From positions 1-64,000 of the IMG/VR virus record IMGVR_UViG_3300004369_000009: a stretch of DNA of 64,000 bases. The stretch is one strand, 5' to 3'. The notes under the pieces are model-generated. The model was not told the DNA's origin and searched no databases. It saw only the letters and a list, made by a program, of their open reading frames with translations. Below are positions 8,415-18,140 of the stretch, piece after piece (the stretch's first letter is position 1; every line of letters starts with the position of its first letter). The DNA is from a virus. Both the position numbers and the translations under genes were made by a program.

Positions 8415-11400
8415 TTATACGGTGTCTACGTTGAAGCGAACGCGAACATAATATGTTGTCAATGGCAGTACAACCACATCACCTGGCAAAGTATATGACA
8501 GGAGGTTGGTTGAGTTACCAAGAGACTGGTGAACAATGTCAGTGAACTGATCTGACTGGGAGAATTGCCAATCAGAAGTTACATGCTGATACCCACTCTT
8601 AATCGCTGGAGTAATAACATTGATGGTTGGGTTAAACGCTGGTGTAATGGTTTGAATCTCTGGTTGATCTACCTTTGGTGTAGTGAACTGAATAGGTACA
8701 GAATATGGAGAAACCAAACCTGCGTTATCTTTATATTTAACAGCAACTTGATATAGAGTATCGAAGTCCAGAGTCCCTACAGGAACTGTGAGCGTTGTTA
8801 GGTTGTTGGGATCTCCTTGTGAGAGATCAGGAACCGTAATTGCTGAAGTGTCATAGATCACAACGTTATCAGCGACTCTCTTGATCTGCCAGAAACTAGC
8901 CGCATGGGTAGATCCAGCATACTGAGAATTGAAAGCGGAGGCAGTGAAGGTTGGTTGTCTATTAAATGCCAATCCTGTATCAGGATCAACATTAACATTC
9001 ATGCTGGTGGGAGGATCAACGAACTCAGCTTCATTGACTGTCAGAGCAGCAGCATCAGAAGTTACTGTAATAGCGTTGGAGTTGCTAAGTACGCAACGAT
9101 ACTTTCTATTCAGTGTGGGGAATGGAAGTTCCTCTGTCTGATAACTTGTACCATTAGCAGCCGAAATGTTCGACCAGTTAGCGCCATTGTCAGTAGAGAT
9201 CTGCCACTGATAATTAATTATACCAGATGTGATCGAAGCAGTGATGTTGTATGTGGCTCTGTTGCCTTCAATGACTGCCTGACCTTGTGGTTGGACATCA
9301 ATAGTGATGACCCTATTAACAGTCAGTAAAGCATATGTGGATGTTACTGGCGCTTGAGCACCGACCAGAGAAAGTACGCAACGATATCTGGATTCATTGT
9401 CATCAGCGAACACCAGATTTGGCGTAGTGTAGGACGCACTTGTAGCATCCGTGATGTCAGTGTAATTAACTGTGTCATCAGATCTTTGCCATTGGAAAGT
9501 CTGTGTGCCACTAGAAGTTTGACCAACCACAGTAAAGGTTGCTGTGCCACCTTCATTGCCAGTCTGGTTAGTTGGCTCTGTAGCTACAGAGTGAGTTCTG
9601 TATACTGTTAGTAGAGCAGCACTTGTGAATACTGGATTATCAGCTCCTATAGCATCAAGTTTACAACGATAGCGATCGTCGTGGTCATCGGCATATGTTA
9701 GTGTGCCAGTTGTATAATTGGCGGAGGTTGCTCCAGGAACATCAGTCCAATTGCTTCCTTGATCATCAGATCTCTGCCACTGGAAAGTAACACTGGGGGT
9801 ATGATCGCTAAGGATTTGGGCATATGTTTTATCCCAAAGTGCTTGTTGATCTGGATCATCAAATTGATTTCCACCCCCTGCTGGAGTAGTCCAATCGGCA
9901 ATACCGAAGGAAGAACTTACTAGAGCATTGATAGCCTGATTGACAGCAGTGCCATTCGCAGCAAATGATGCGGTCTCTCCCTCATTAGCCACTTGAGCAG
10001 TGGGTTCCAGGGTGATGCTAATGTTAACGGTTTCTACCTGAAGAACCGCAACATCAGAAGTTACCGTGGGAGCACCAGCAGCAGCGATGAGAACTCTAAA
10101 CTGATACTCATCATCGCCCGCAGTGAGAGTAGGAGTTGTATAAGATGCTGTATTAGCGCCAGAGATGTTTGACCAGTTAGATCCACCATCGATGGACTGT
10201 TGCCATTGATATGTAAGATCGCCAGGAACACCGTCCGATGTAGTAGCGGTCACACTAAATGTTCTAGTGCCACCAACAGATCCAACTTGGTTCTGAGGTT
10301 GAACACTAATAACAACAAGTCTAGTAACTGTTAACTCTGCTGCTGTAGATAGAACATCAGAAGAACCATCAACCCTAAGATTACACTTAAAGAATGTGCT
10401 GTTGTCGTTAGCGTATGTAGTTGCTGGTGTTGTATACGAAGGGGAAGTAGCACCACCAATATCGGAATATACTCCGTTAATGGTAGTGGATCTTTTCCAC
10501 TGATATGCCAAAGTAGCACTATCAGCAGTAGAAGCAACAATTGTGAAGGTAGCTGCGGCAGGAGCAACGACGCTTTGTGGTTGGGGATCTTGAGATACAG
10601 CGATCACTCTGTACATGCTCAAGTTAGCCACATTAGATGTGGTTGTTTGTACCGCAGTGCTGGAATCTAGAATACAACGATACTGATAACCATTAAATGC
10701 GAAGTCGTCATCAACAGTCAGAGTATCAGTAAGTTCTCCACTGTGTCCTGCCAAAGAACTAATGTTGTTCCAGTTGGAGCCCGTATCTGTAGAGTATTGC
10801 CACTGATAAGTAACTGTGGATGAATCCGAAGAGTATCCTTGGAGTGGACCGAAGACCGCATTTGTACCACCACCAGCTTCAATATTTTGATCAACTGGTT
10901 GAGTTGTGATGAATACCAGAACACCCGTTCCGTTTGTTTGGAAGGAATAACTGCGGGATTCACCACTCTTCAGTTCAGTGACAGTGATATTAAAAGTTAG
11001 GTCTTGATAGCTAGAAGTTACTGTTCCAGAAAGAACACCAGAACTGGTACTGAAGGTAAGACCTGTGCCACTAATACTATCCCCACTCAGTTGATATTCC
11101 CTAGCAGCAAATGGTTCATTAGCATACGAAACAATAGTTTGGATGCCAAGTTGGAGATTCACCGAAGCTCCATTATCATATCCCTGACCACTTGTTAGAT
11201 CACCTGCGCTAGTGTACCAAGTGATTGTCTTGGGAATGAATGGGTTGAACATACCCATAACTTTGGAGATGACCGAATCTGTGCTCGATACATCAAAGTC
11301 AACACCAGTATGTACTGGGATATTATTAATGGCTCTACCACTATGAGTTGCCTCTTCAGAGTCAAGCTCAGCGAATAAAGTTATGTTAGAAAATGTTGGA

Positions 11401-13559
11401 CCATCAGTAAACTCATGAGTATCAGAAATAATACACATGTAGTTGTTTGTTCCACCACCGCTTGCTGTGCTAGTAGCAGGGTTCGATACACCGATGGTGA
11501 TCGTATTGTTTACAGGATCCTGTGCTGTAATCTGATGCCATTGATAGGATTCATTTTTAATATTAACACCACCAACACTCAGAGAAGAGGCACCTACTCT
11601 AAACTGGATATACTTGTTAATGTTGTTGAGGAATACAGAAGACTGTGCTGGTGGAAAAGAGATTTTCAGATCAGTGCTAGCCGAAGTTGTAGCAAAAGGA
11701 TCCGTTGGTAGTCTGTATTCTGTAGCAGTATTGATTGGATATGCGGTGCTACTGACAGCAGAGATATCTCCAACAGTACCCCTCTGGCGGATAAAGTCTT
11801 TAGCCAGCCCAGTAAGATCTGTAGTTGTCAGGTTGTAGTTATTGCTAGTCACCCACTGACACATGATACCAGCAACAACAGGGGCAGAGAAAGATGTACC
11901 GCTGATGTTTCCGTAGTTGCTTGTGCTGGTATACGGGGTATTAGCAGTCCAATCGTAGAAAGGAACTGTCATGTGCGCCCCTGGGGCTACGGTGGTTGTA
12001 CCAGATCCGTAGTTAGAAAAGTCTGCCCAACGGTCGTTGTAATCAGAAGCACCAACCGAGATGCTCTTGATATTAACGTCCTGATAGTTTACATCATTAT
12101 CGGAGAAGCCAGAGGATCTAGCACCAGCAACATATCTTGTCTGGAGTGGACCAGCAAAATTATTAGAGGCATCGCTAAATCCATTGCCAGCAGATCTGAC
12201 AAGAATGATATTGTTATCGACGATTACTTTTTCAGCTTCGTCATAGAGTTCCAGGTCGAACCCAGCGTCTTGCCCACTCTCGTTAATCTCAACGTAGGGG
12301 AAAGAACCGCTTGGAGATGCGGGTCCAAAGGAAGCGTTAATAACAGAAGGTCTTGTATTGCCCTTGTAGTTGGGGTGACCCGAATCATTATGGTCAATGA
12401 CCGCCTGATAGGCATCGATGATGTCAGCGAGAGATCCACTACCTGAGCTACTAAAAGCTTTTAGAGCATAGATCTTTGTTTTGCGAGCAACACCTGCCCT
12501 GATGCCAGCCGCACAAATGGCACAGTTAGTTCCGTGACCCTGGTCATCTTCATTGGAGTTGGTACCATATGAACCAACAGTAAAACCAGATTGGAATCCA
12601 GTTACTTCATATACACGATAAGACTGTTGCTCCGAAGTACCGTTTAGGTCGATAATGTTATCGGGGTCATATAGTTCTGGGTGAAGCGCAGCGTTAGTTC
12701 CTGTGGGTCTAGAAGATCCACGAACACCAGTATCAATAACATAGAGGTCGCATCCGTCGCCTTCCTCTGGGCTATTGTACACACCGTTCATGTAGGAACG
12801 GTTTTGCTTTGTAATTCTATCGAGGTGCCAGAAGTCATGAATACAGAACTTACCAAAACGAGCAGGACTATCGTTGTAGTTGCCGTAATTGGAAGAGTTA
12901 GCGTTATACCAGTAGATAACAGATGGGGTGCTAGAACCTACAGTAATTCTTGTATAGGCACCAGACTGTCCAGGAGTACCAGCAGCGGTTACACCTGTGG
13001 AGTAAATAACGCCACCAGCAGTCCATATGCCGTCGGGCGTAATAGAGAGTCTAAGGGGGTGACCTGCGTTTGAGGAGTCTGACTGGTCAAATGTATAAGT
13101 ACCGCCTTGGAGGAATCCAGTAAAGGTTGAGATTCTACTAAATGGTCCACCTGAACTTGTTGAGAAGACGTATCTTGGACCAGCAGTAAAGTTCTGAACA
13201 CGCACATAGATAGTTCCACCAGAGCCAGTGGAAAGAATCCTAGTGTTCTTCGTGTCTTGAAGTTGGGCATCATTATCTTCAACTTCATCACCAACATACT
13301 CTACATTTAATACTTCGCCACCATCGTCATAATCAGTGACGCGAAACTCTCTATCCCAAGTGGCTCCTTTGAGACCTTCGGTTAGACGCACACTTTCAAG
13401 ATTCTCGGCAGTAGCATTCTCGTCTGCCACGCTAAATCTGATGGTGCGGAATGATCTAAGTGTCTTTACAAACTCTAAATAATCATGCTGACTAAGGAGA
13501 GTATCCTTTACATCGTTAACGTCAAATGAGTCTGCGACCTTAACTAATAGGGTTGCCAT
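8415..13559 (-). CDS. Subtilisin-like (S8) protease with cupredoxin-like insert, six Ig-like repeats and FN3-like C-terminus (1714 aa)
   Basis: Catalytic Asp (VIDTGV), His (GHGTNCA), oxyanion Asn (SAGN), Ser (SGTSFSAP); six repeats of P...F...(Y/F)QWxxS...I...(Y/F)(R/K)(C/V); perfect late promoter upstream. Confidence 0.9.
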   Translation of the reverse strand: MATLLVKVADSFDVNDVKDTLLSQHDYLEFVKTLRSFRTIRFSVADENATAENLESVRLTEGLKGATWDREFRVTDYDDGGEVLNVEYVGDEVEDNDAQLQDTKNTRILSTGSGGTIYVRVQNFTAGPRYVFSTSSGGPFSRISTFTGFLQGGTYTFDQSDSSNAGHPLRLSITPDGIWTAGGVIYSTGVTAAGTPGQSGAYTRITVGSSTPSVIYWYNANSSNYGNYNDSPARFGKFCIHDFWHLDRITKQNRSYMNGVYNSPEEGDGCDLYVIDTGVRGSSRPTGTNAALHPELYDPDNIIDLNGTSEQQSYRVYEVTGFQSGFTVGSYGTNSNEDDQGHGTNCAICAAGIRAGVARKTKIYALKAFSSSGSGSLADIIDAYQAVIDHNDSGHPNYKGNTRPSVINASFGPASPSGSFPYVEINESGQDAGFDLELYDEAEKVIVDNNIILVRSAGNGFSDASNNFAGPLQTRYVAGARSSGFSDNDVNYQDVNIKSISVGASDYNDRWADFSNYGSGTTTVAPGAHMTVPFYDWTANTPYTSTSNYGNISGTSFSAPVVAGIMCQWVTSNNYNLTTTDLTGLAKDFIRQRGTVGDISAVSSTAYPINTATEYRLPTDPFATTSASTDLKISFPPAQSSVFLNNINKYIQFRVGASSLSVGGVNIKNESYQWHQITAQDPVNNTITIGVSNPATSTASGGGTNNYMCIISDTHEFTDGPTFSNITLFAELDSEEATHSGRAINNIPVHTGVDFDVSSTDSVISKVMGMFNPFIPKTITWYTSAGDLTSGQGYDNGASVNLQLGIQTIVSYANEPFAAREYQLSGDSISGTGLTFSTSSGVLSGTVTSSYQDLTFNITVTELKSGESRSYSFQTNGTGVLVFITTQPVDQNIEAGGGTNAVFGPLQGYSSDSSTVTYQWQYSTDTGSNWNNISSLAGHSGELTDTLTVDDDFAFNGYQYRCILDSSTAVQTTTSNVANLSMYRVIAVSQDPQPQSVVAPAAATFTIVASTADSATLAYQWKRSTTINGVYSDIGGATSPSYTTPATTYANDNSTFFKCNLRVDGSSDVLSTAAELTVTRLVVISVQPQNQVGSVGGTRTFSVTATTSDGVPGDLTYQWQQSIDGGSNWSNISGANTASYTTPTLTAGDDEYQFRVLIAAAGAPTVTSDVAVLQVETVNISITLEPTAQVANEGETASFAANGTAVNQAINALVSSSFGIADWTTPAGGGNQFDDPDQQALWDKTYAQILSDHTPSVTFQWQRSDDQGSNWTDVPGATSANYTTGTLTYADDHDDRYRCKLDAIGADNPVFTSAALLTVYRTHSVATEPTNQTGNEGGTATFTVVGQTSSGTQTFQWQRSDDTVNYTDITDATSASYTTPNLVFADDNESRYRCVLSLVGAQAPVTSTYALLTVNRVITIDVQPQGQAVIEGNRATYNITASITSGIINYQWQISTDNGANWSNISAANGTSYQTEELPFPTLNRKYRCVLSNSNAITVTSDAAALTVNEAEFVDPPTSMNVNVDPDTGLAFNRQPTFTASAFNSQYAGSTHAASFWQIKRVADNVVIYDTSAITVPDLSQGDPNNLTTLTVPVGTLDFDTLYQVAVKYKDNAGLVSPYSVPIQFTTPKVDQPEIQTITPAFNPTINVITPAIKSGYQHVTSDWQFSQSDQFTDIVHQSLGNSTNLLSYTLPGDVVVLPLTTYYVRVRFNVDTV
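9030..10915 (-). repeat. Six tandem Ig-like domain repeats (about 95 aa each) within the S8 protein
   Basis: Repeat starts ITTQPVDQ, VSQDPQPQ, ISVQPQNQ, ITLEPTAQ, VATEPTNQ, IDVQPQGQ, each with a (Y/F)QW motif; coordinates approximate. Confidence 0.85.
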
Positions 13560-13593
13560 GTACGCCTGTCCAGGTCAGTGTTATCCTCTTCAG

Positions 13594-13601
13594 TATTTAT
13601 A
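13594..13601 (-). promoter_or_regulatory. T4-type late promoter TATAAATA
   Basis: Perfect consensus about 35 nt upstream of the S8 gene ATG. Confidence 0.8.
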
Positions 13602-13606
13602 GCCAA

Positions 13607-13885
13607 ATGTCGTTAAGAGATAGAACCGCACCTACGGGTGAATATAGAAATAGGGAACATCTTTGGTCTCGCATCAAAGCACCCTTTGATGGAACTCCAG
13701 AGACTGTTCCCTATGAAGTAGGCGGTAAGTATGATGGAAGGGAAATTCGTTCCATCGGTATTACCAAAAATATTTACGGTAAAAGATATTACCTAATTGT
13801 TGCTGGTGATAAGACTCATGCTCCTCAAAGATTTGAATTTGATGAGAAGCATGATATGCTTAGCAGTAAGGCTTTACTCAGCTAA
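13607..13885 (+). CDS. Hypothetical protein (92 aa); the only credible plus-strand gene
   Basis: ATG at 13607 (MSLRDRTAPTGEYRN...); fills the otherwise empty gap between minus-strand genes; 8-nt tail-to-tail overlap with the next gene. Confidence 0.7.
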   Translation: MSLRDRTAPTGEYRNREHLWSRIKAPFDGTPETVPYEVGGKYDGREIRSIGITKNIYGKRYYLIVAGDKTHAPQRFEFDEKHDMLSSKALLS

Positions 13886-14075
13886 CAACCTCAACTTCAC
13901 CCGTAGTAGCGGGTTCATCAAGATTCTTTTCAGCCAGACGGAGACCTTCAATTGCGCCACCAAGACGCAAGAGTTGTTCTTGTCTGGCTTTTAGTGCGTC
14001 TTCGATCTCCGAGATTTCACCACGGATCTTACCGCGCTGCTCTTCAAAGTCTTTGATCATTTCTTCAATAGTCAT
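13878..14075 (-). CDS. Small acidic coiled-coil protein (65 aa)
   Basis: Heptad pattern; LRLGGAIEGL motif; ATGA coupling to the upstream gene. Confidence 0.75.
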   Translation of the reverse strand: MTIEEMIKDFEEQRGKIRGEISEIEDALKARQEQLLRLGGAIEGLRLAEKNLDEPATTGEVEVVS

Positions 14076-14341
14076 GCTTCACTCCGTTGGATTTTGGATT
14101 CTTCACCAAGAACTTTGGTGCGTACAAGGTCAAGGGCTTCACAAGCACCTTCAAGTTTGAGGCACTTGTTCCGAACTTCGTTAAGTTCGGTAAGATCTAC
14201 ACGAGTCAAGAGGGCAGAATTCTTTTCAAGCTCGTCTTCGCGCTCTTTAACATCCTTACGGCAAGCGACAAGTTGCTCAACAAAGTCATCCCACACATCC
14301 GTAAAATCTAGAAGACCTTCGGTTGTTGTTTCTTCAGACAT
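14072..14341 (-). CDS. Small acidic coiled-coil protein (89 aa)
   Basis: Heptad pattern; LKLEGACEAL motif similar to the neighbour; overlaps the upstream stop. Confidence 0.75.
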   Translation of the reverse strand: MSEETTTEGLLDFTDVWDDFVEQLVACRKDVKEREDELEKNSALLTRVDLTELNEVRNKCLKLEGACEALDLVRTKVLGEESKIQRSEA

Positions 14342-14966
14342 AGTTTCTCACTTCATCTTTAATGTGTCCTTCTGTCAGCTCATATGGAGTAGCAAGATAG
14401 GGACGAGTATCATACTTTAGATCGCTATAGTGACCATTAGCAAAGACATACTGCATGAAAGCATTCATCTGCTCTCTGCCTGTATACTTCTCACGCCAGT
14501 GGGGAATGAGTGATCCTGAATATATTACCACATCTCCTGGCTCAAGGTCAACCTTTCTCAGGTTACCTTCCCATTCAAAGTAGAGGAACGATGGATGTTC
14601 CTCATCCCTTGCGATGTTGACGTTTACTGCTACTTCAGAACTTCTACGGTCAACGTGCCGAACAAGCTCGCTGCCTTCAGTATATATACGACCATAAGAA
14701 TAGGTCGGATGTAACTTCTCTTCTAGAATCCTCTCTACCTTTGGTTGGAGAACCAGACTTAGAGATTCAAAACAAAGTGGAGAGTACCAAGAGAATGTGT
14801 TAGGAACAGTAGGGTCATTATATCCCTCAGTGTTTCCCATCGCTTTTAGAGCATCTCGCATAAGTCTAAACTCGGTAGCGAGAAGATCAATGGCATTGGG
14901 AGATACCATCTGCCTAACCAGTTTAACAAATGGCTTTCTATGTAATTGTATAGTGTGTTCTGTCAT
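14334..14966 (-). CDS. 2OG-Fe(II) oxygenase (prolyl-hydroxylase-like fold)
   Basis: PTYSYGRIY...LVRHVDR (HxD)...LEPGDVVIYSGSLIPHWRE (distal His); common cyanophage family. Confidence 0.85.
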   Translation of the reverse strand: MTEHTIQLHRKPFVKLVRQMVSPNAIDLLATEFRLMRDALKAMGNTEGYNDPTVPNTFSWYSPLCFESLSLVLQPKVERILEEKLHPTYSYGRIYTEGSELVRHVDRRSSEVAVNVNIARDEEHPSFLYFEWEGNLRKVDLEPGDVVIYSGSLIPHWREKYTGREQMNAFMQYVFANGHYSDLKYDTRPYLATPYELTEGHIKDEVRNYV

Positions 14967-15621
14967 AGAAATTAGAGGGTATCACAGTGGGCATACATGG
15001 GATGCTCATTGACAGTCTTCTGGAAGTTGGTGTGGCTTTGTGCCACGCCCTATCTGGAATATACAACATATCTCCAGGTTTGAGAACCCCCTGCCAGTCA
15101 ACTTCATATTTTGATTCATCTACGGGTTTATCGTTCCTAGCTTCCCATAGAGAGGTAGCCCTATTTTTATAGACTACCCAATCTGTTTCACCTTCGCATT
15201 GAATAATAAAGTTAGCGAAGTGGTCATAATGGCACTTGAAAGAATTAGCCGAATCTCTTGCCCCATAGACATGGATATCAGAGTTTACATCAAAGTGCCT
15301 TTCGATCTCAGCGCATAGAGATCTAACTCTAGCATTTGCTCTACTATATGACAAGATAACAAAACTCTTACCACTTACGATGTGGTTATGGATAAGTTTT
15401 TTATCTTGATCTGGAGTTCTAGCCCATGCTGGTTTATAGATTTCAATGTCTCGCTTAGAACCATCTGGCATGATGAGTTCCCAATACATATCTGATCTAT
15501 GTAAAGCATCCTCTACTGTCTCCCAAGAACAATACTTCTCAGGAGACTTGAGAAAATCTGGAACATAAGTGGCTTGATCCTTTCCCAGTAGATTAGCCGT
15601 TGCGAAGAAATTGTTCCACAT
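14938..15621 (-). CDS. JmjC/cupin_4-type (YcfD/ROX-like) 2OG hydroxylase
   Basis: FKCHYDHFANFIIQCEGETDWVVY...LKPGDMLYIPDRAWHKA: HxD...H triad in JmjC context. Confidence 0.85.
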   Translation of the reverse strand: MWNNFFATANLLGKDQATYVPDFLKSPEKYCSWETVEDALHRSDMYWELIMPDGSKRDIEIYKPAWARTPDQDKKLIHNHIVSGKSFVILSYSRANARVRSLCAEIERHFDVNSDIHVYGARDSANSFKCHYDHFANFIIQCEGETDWVVYKNRATSLWEARNDKPVDESKYEVDWQGVLKPGDMLYIPDRAWHKATPTSRRLSMSIPCMPTVIPSNFYDRTHYTIT

Positions 15622-16207
15622 TTCGAGCTCTACTACACAGGTTTATAGTCAATGCTATTCTAGCATCATGTTCCTTAGGGCAGGAAGAAGCATGATAGTG
15701 CTTTCCATCAAAGACAAACAGTTTGTTCCTCTCAGGATGACACTGGTACTTGATAGTGTATTTGTCAGATTCTGTAGTCTCATTAAATACGACAGTTGGA
15801 CCATCAGAATCATTTACATAATACAAACAAGTAAAGTGATCTCCTACCTGGGTCTCTGGATAATCGATATGTGGTTGATTGTGGAGCATATGCTCATCCC
15901 TAAAAGTAGGGAAGTTCAAACCACAGCGAATCCGAGCCAGTTGCCAATCTCTATAATCTAACTCCATCGCATCCAGGATGTAGTGGTAGATAAAACTAAA
16001 CTTATCATACCACTCACTAGCGCGACCATCGACATAAGGAGTGTGATGCATTCCAGGTTGAGACCTGTAATATGCTGGAACTTCATCCCTAGCATCGGGA
16101 GAAACTGTTACATCATCAAGCCAGTACCAAGGAAAAATATTCGAGGTAAGGAGATCATGAACCTCTAGTGCTAGAGAGTTAGGTAGAAAATTCTTAAATT
16201 CTTTCAT
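15593..16207 (-). CDS. 2OG-Fe(II) oxygenase
   Basis: PHIDYP...CLYYVNDSDGPT...NKLFVFDGKHYHASSCP...RIALTIN: HxD...H plus 2OG-binding Arg. Confidence 0.88.
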   Translation of the reverse strand: MKEFKNFLPNSLALEVHDLLTSNIFPWYWLDDVTVSPDARDEVPAYYRSQPGMHHTPYVDGRASEWYDKFSFIYHYILDAMELDYRDWQLARIRCGLNFPTFRDEHMLHNQPHIDYPETQVGDHFTCLYYVNDSDGPTVVFNETTESDKYTIKYQCHPERNKLFVFDGKHYHASSCPKEHDARIALTINLCSRARNVEQFLRNG

Positions 16208-16767
16208 CGTAAATTAAATGACAAAGATATCCTGTCAGAAAAGGATAGGTTAGCTTTCACATGATGCATCACCCACGCTGGGAAGATAATCAAGCGATTT
16301 GGTATCGGTGTATACTCATACTCAGCATTACTATATCTAGTCATGTTTGGAGCAATGGTTCCCAGAGCGAAGTCATTGGACCCTCTAGTAAAGCATAGAT
16401 TGCCAGCGTTCTCATCTGCTTTCACATAAAAAACCCCAGACAGTTTACATTCTGGATGTACATGAACTTGATTATATGAAAGTCTGGGATTGATATTGAC
16501 CCAGAGATTGACAATACTATCAGCAGGTTCTGGTATACCTAACTCATTGGAAGCCACCGCTGCCATCTTAGCAATTGCTTCGACTAAAGGTTTAAGTGGT
16601 GTCCTATCAAACTCTTTGTAGTCATTTGACTGCCACCCACCAACGTTAGATACCAGTCTACCTTCATCTTTTTCCTTCTCAAGATAAGCCCAATACATGA
16701 TGCTATCGAGATCAAGTTTCAGGTCAGTTCCCCATATGGGAGTGGGGAAGATTTCATCTAGGAACAT
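16204..16767 (-). CDS. 2OG-Fe(II) oxygenase, TIGR02466-like (HxH)
   Basis: IFPTPIW...SNVGGWQS...WVNIN...HVHP...LSGVFYV...IFPAWVMHHV...RISLSFN. Confidence 0.9.
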   Translation of the reverse strand: MFLDEIFPTPIWGTDLKLDLDSIMYWAYLEKEKDEGRLVSNVGGWQSNDYKEFDRTPLKPLVEAIAKMAAVASNELGIPEPADSIVNLWVNINPRLSYNQVHVHPECKLSGVFYVKADENAGNLCFTRGSNDFALGTIAPNMTRYSNAEYEYTPIPNRLIIFPAWVMHHVKANLSFSDRISLSFNLR

Positions 16768-17536
16768 TTCGTAAAGGCGTATACTTAAATCCGAAGCAAT
16801 GACTCCATCTCCATTCTACACTCTCTGGGATCCATGGAGCGTGAATGGTGTTCGCATTGTACAGTGTCATAGTTCCGTACTCTGCTGCGGCGAAACCTGT
16901 CTTAATGAAACCCCAATGCCGTTGCTTATCTGAATCGAAGTTGATCCATCTGTCGTCATGATTGGTGCCGTCTCCGTGCCAACTATGCCACTCTTTATAC
17001 CTGTGGTGATTTGGATCGATTTGGAAATCGTACCGTCCCTCATCAATCGTTCCTTTATACTTAAAGAAGTTGGTTCCTGTTTCATTTTCTTCGTGGTGAG
17101 AAAGCCAGAGGTTAGCAATGAATCCTTCATCAGTGCCAAAGTCTCTATGTGGCATCTGCCAACAACTTACAGGACGGCACCTATCTTTAACATAGATGTT
17201 CCCCCATTCAGAGAATCTCTCATCATGTAGTCCCACATCAGCTGATTGCTTGAAGTGGTTGACCATTATGAAATGACGGATCTGTTCTGCGATGGGGGAA
17301 AATATCCAATAAGGTATCGACGTTTGCGCGAAAGGGTTTGAATCGCTCGCACTACCAGCATTGTTGTAGTCTTCTATTGGATAGCACTTGAGCACCTCAA
17401 CGAATTCATCGAGGTCATAAAACATATCACGAATACGCCAGTATTGCCCATGGAACGTAAAGTTCCATTCATCAAATGGTTTGATGAACTTGGCTTTATG
17501 TTTGGGAACAGGAAGAATCTTAAAATCTTCAATCAT
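16754..17536 (-). CDS. Divergent 2OG-Fe(II) oxygenase-like protein
   Basis: MPHRDF (HxD)...IANLWLS...GTNFFK...LYNANTIHAPW...R: facial triad and double-stranded beta-helix pattern. Confidence 0.7.
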   Translation of the reverse strand: MIEDFKILPVPKHKAKFIKPFDEWNFTFHGQYWRIRDMFYDLDEFVEVLKCYPIEDYNNAGSASDSNPFAQTSIPYWIFSPIAEQIRHFIMVNHFKQSADVGLHDERFSEWGNIYVKDRCRPVSCWQMPHRDFGTDEGFIANLWLSHHEENETGTNFFKYKGTIDEGRYDFQIDPNHHRYKEWHSWHGDGTNHDDRWINFDSDKQRHWGFIKTGFAAAEYGTMTLYNANTIHAPWIPESVEWRWSHCFGFKYTPLRNVPR

Positions 17537-18140
17537 AACCTAGGTAATTAAATGATATAGCGATCCTCTGAGAAGCATTACTTGGTGGGACTCTATGCCT
17601 TACCCAAGATGGGAAAAGAATAAAGTCATACTGCTCTGCTGTCACTTCAGTAGATATAGTATCTATACCTGCCATGTGTTCATATGGTGTCATCCTTAGA
17701 ATGTAATCATTGGGATTACAAAATCGAATGTTAGCCGAACCCTTAGGCTTCTTAAAATAGTAGACTCCAGATACTTGGCATCTACCATTCCAACCATCTC
17801 TATGACTGTGCTCTGCTGTGCTGTCATTAGAGAAATGTTTGTTTGCCCAAGAGTGCTGACACTCAACGTAAGCCATCCTTCTATATCCAAGGATGTTCAC
17901 CCAGTAGTCTCGGACAGCGTAATCAATCCTTTTCCAGAACCATTTCAATTCAGGAATGCCATGAAGGTCCATGCCATTAGGTGCGGTAGATAAACCAGTC
18001 TCACCAGCAAAGTCACCCAACTTAGAATCCAAAAACATTCTAGTAAGGATGTCATCAAACTCGGCTTCTTGATATTCGGTGGGGCAAAGATGCCCCTTGA
18101 ATACTGGAACCGAGAACAAAGGATGGATGGTCATTTCCAA
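17529..18140 (-). CDS. 2OG-Fe(II) oxygenase, TIGR02466-like (HxH)
   Basis: PLFSVPVF...SWAN...EHSH...VSGVYY...LFPSWVRHRV...RIAISFN. Confidence 0.9.
   Translation of the reverse strand: MEMTIHPLFSVPVFKGHLCPTEYQEAEFDDILTRMFLDSKLGDFAGETGLSTAPNGMDLHGIPELKWFWKRIDYAVRDYWVNILGYRRMAYVECQHSWANKHFSNDSTAEHSHRDGWNGRCQVSGVYYFKKPKGSANIRFCNPNDYILRMTPYEHMAGIDTISTEVTAEQYDFILFPSWVRHRVPPSNASQRIAISFNYLGYD

Noticed and set aside
14334-16207. Labels such as ferrochelatase (14334-14966) or endonuclease V (15593-16207) that I recall attached to similar cyanophage proteins
   Set aside because: Both show clear HxD...H 2OG-Fe(II) motifs and none of the features of those enzymes.
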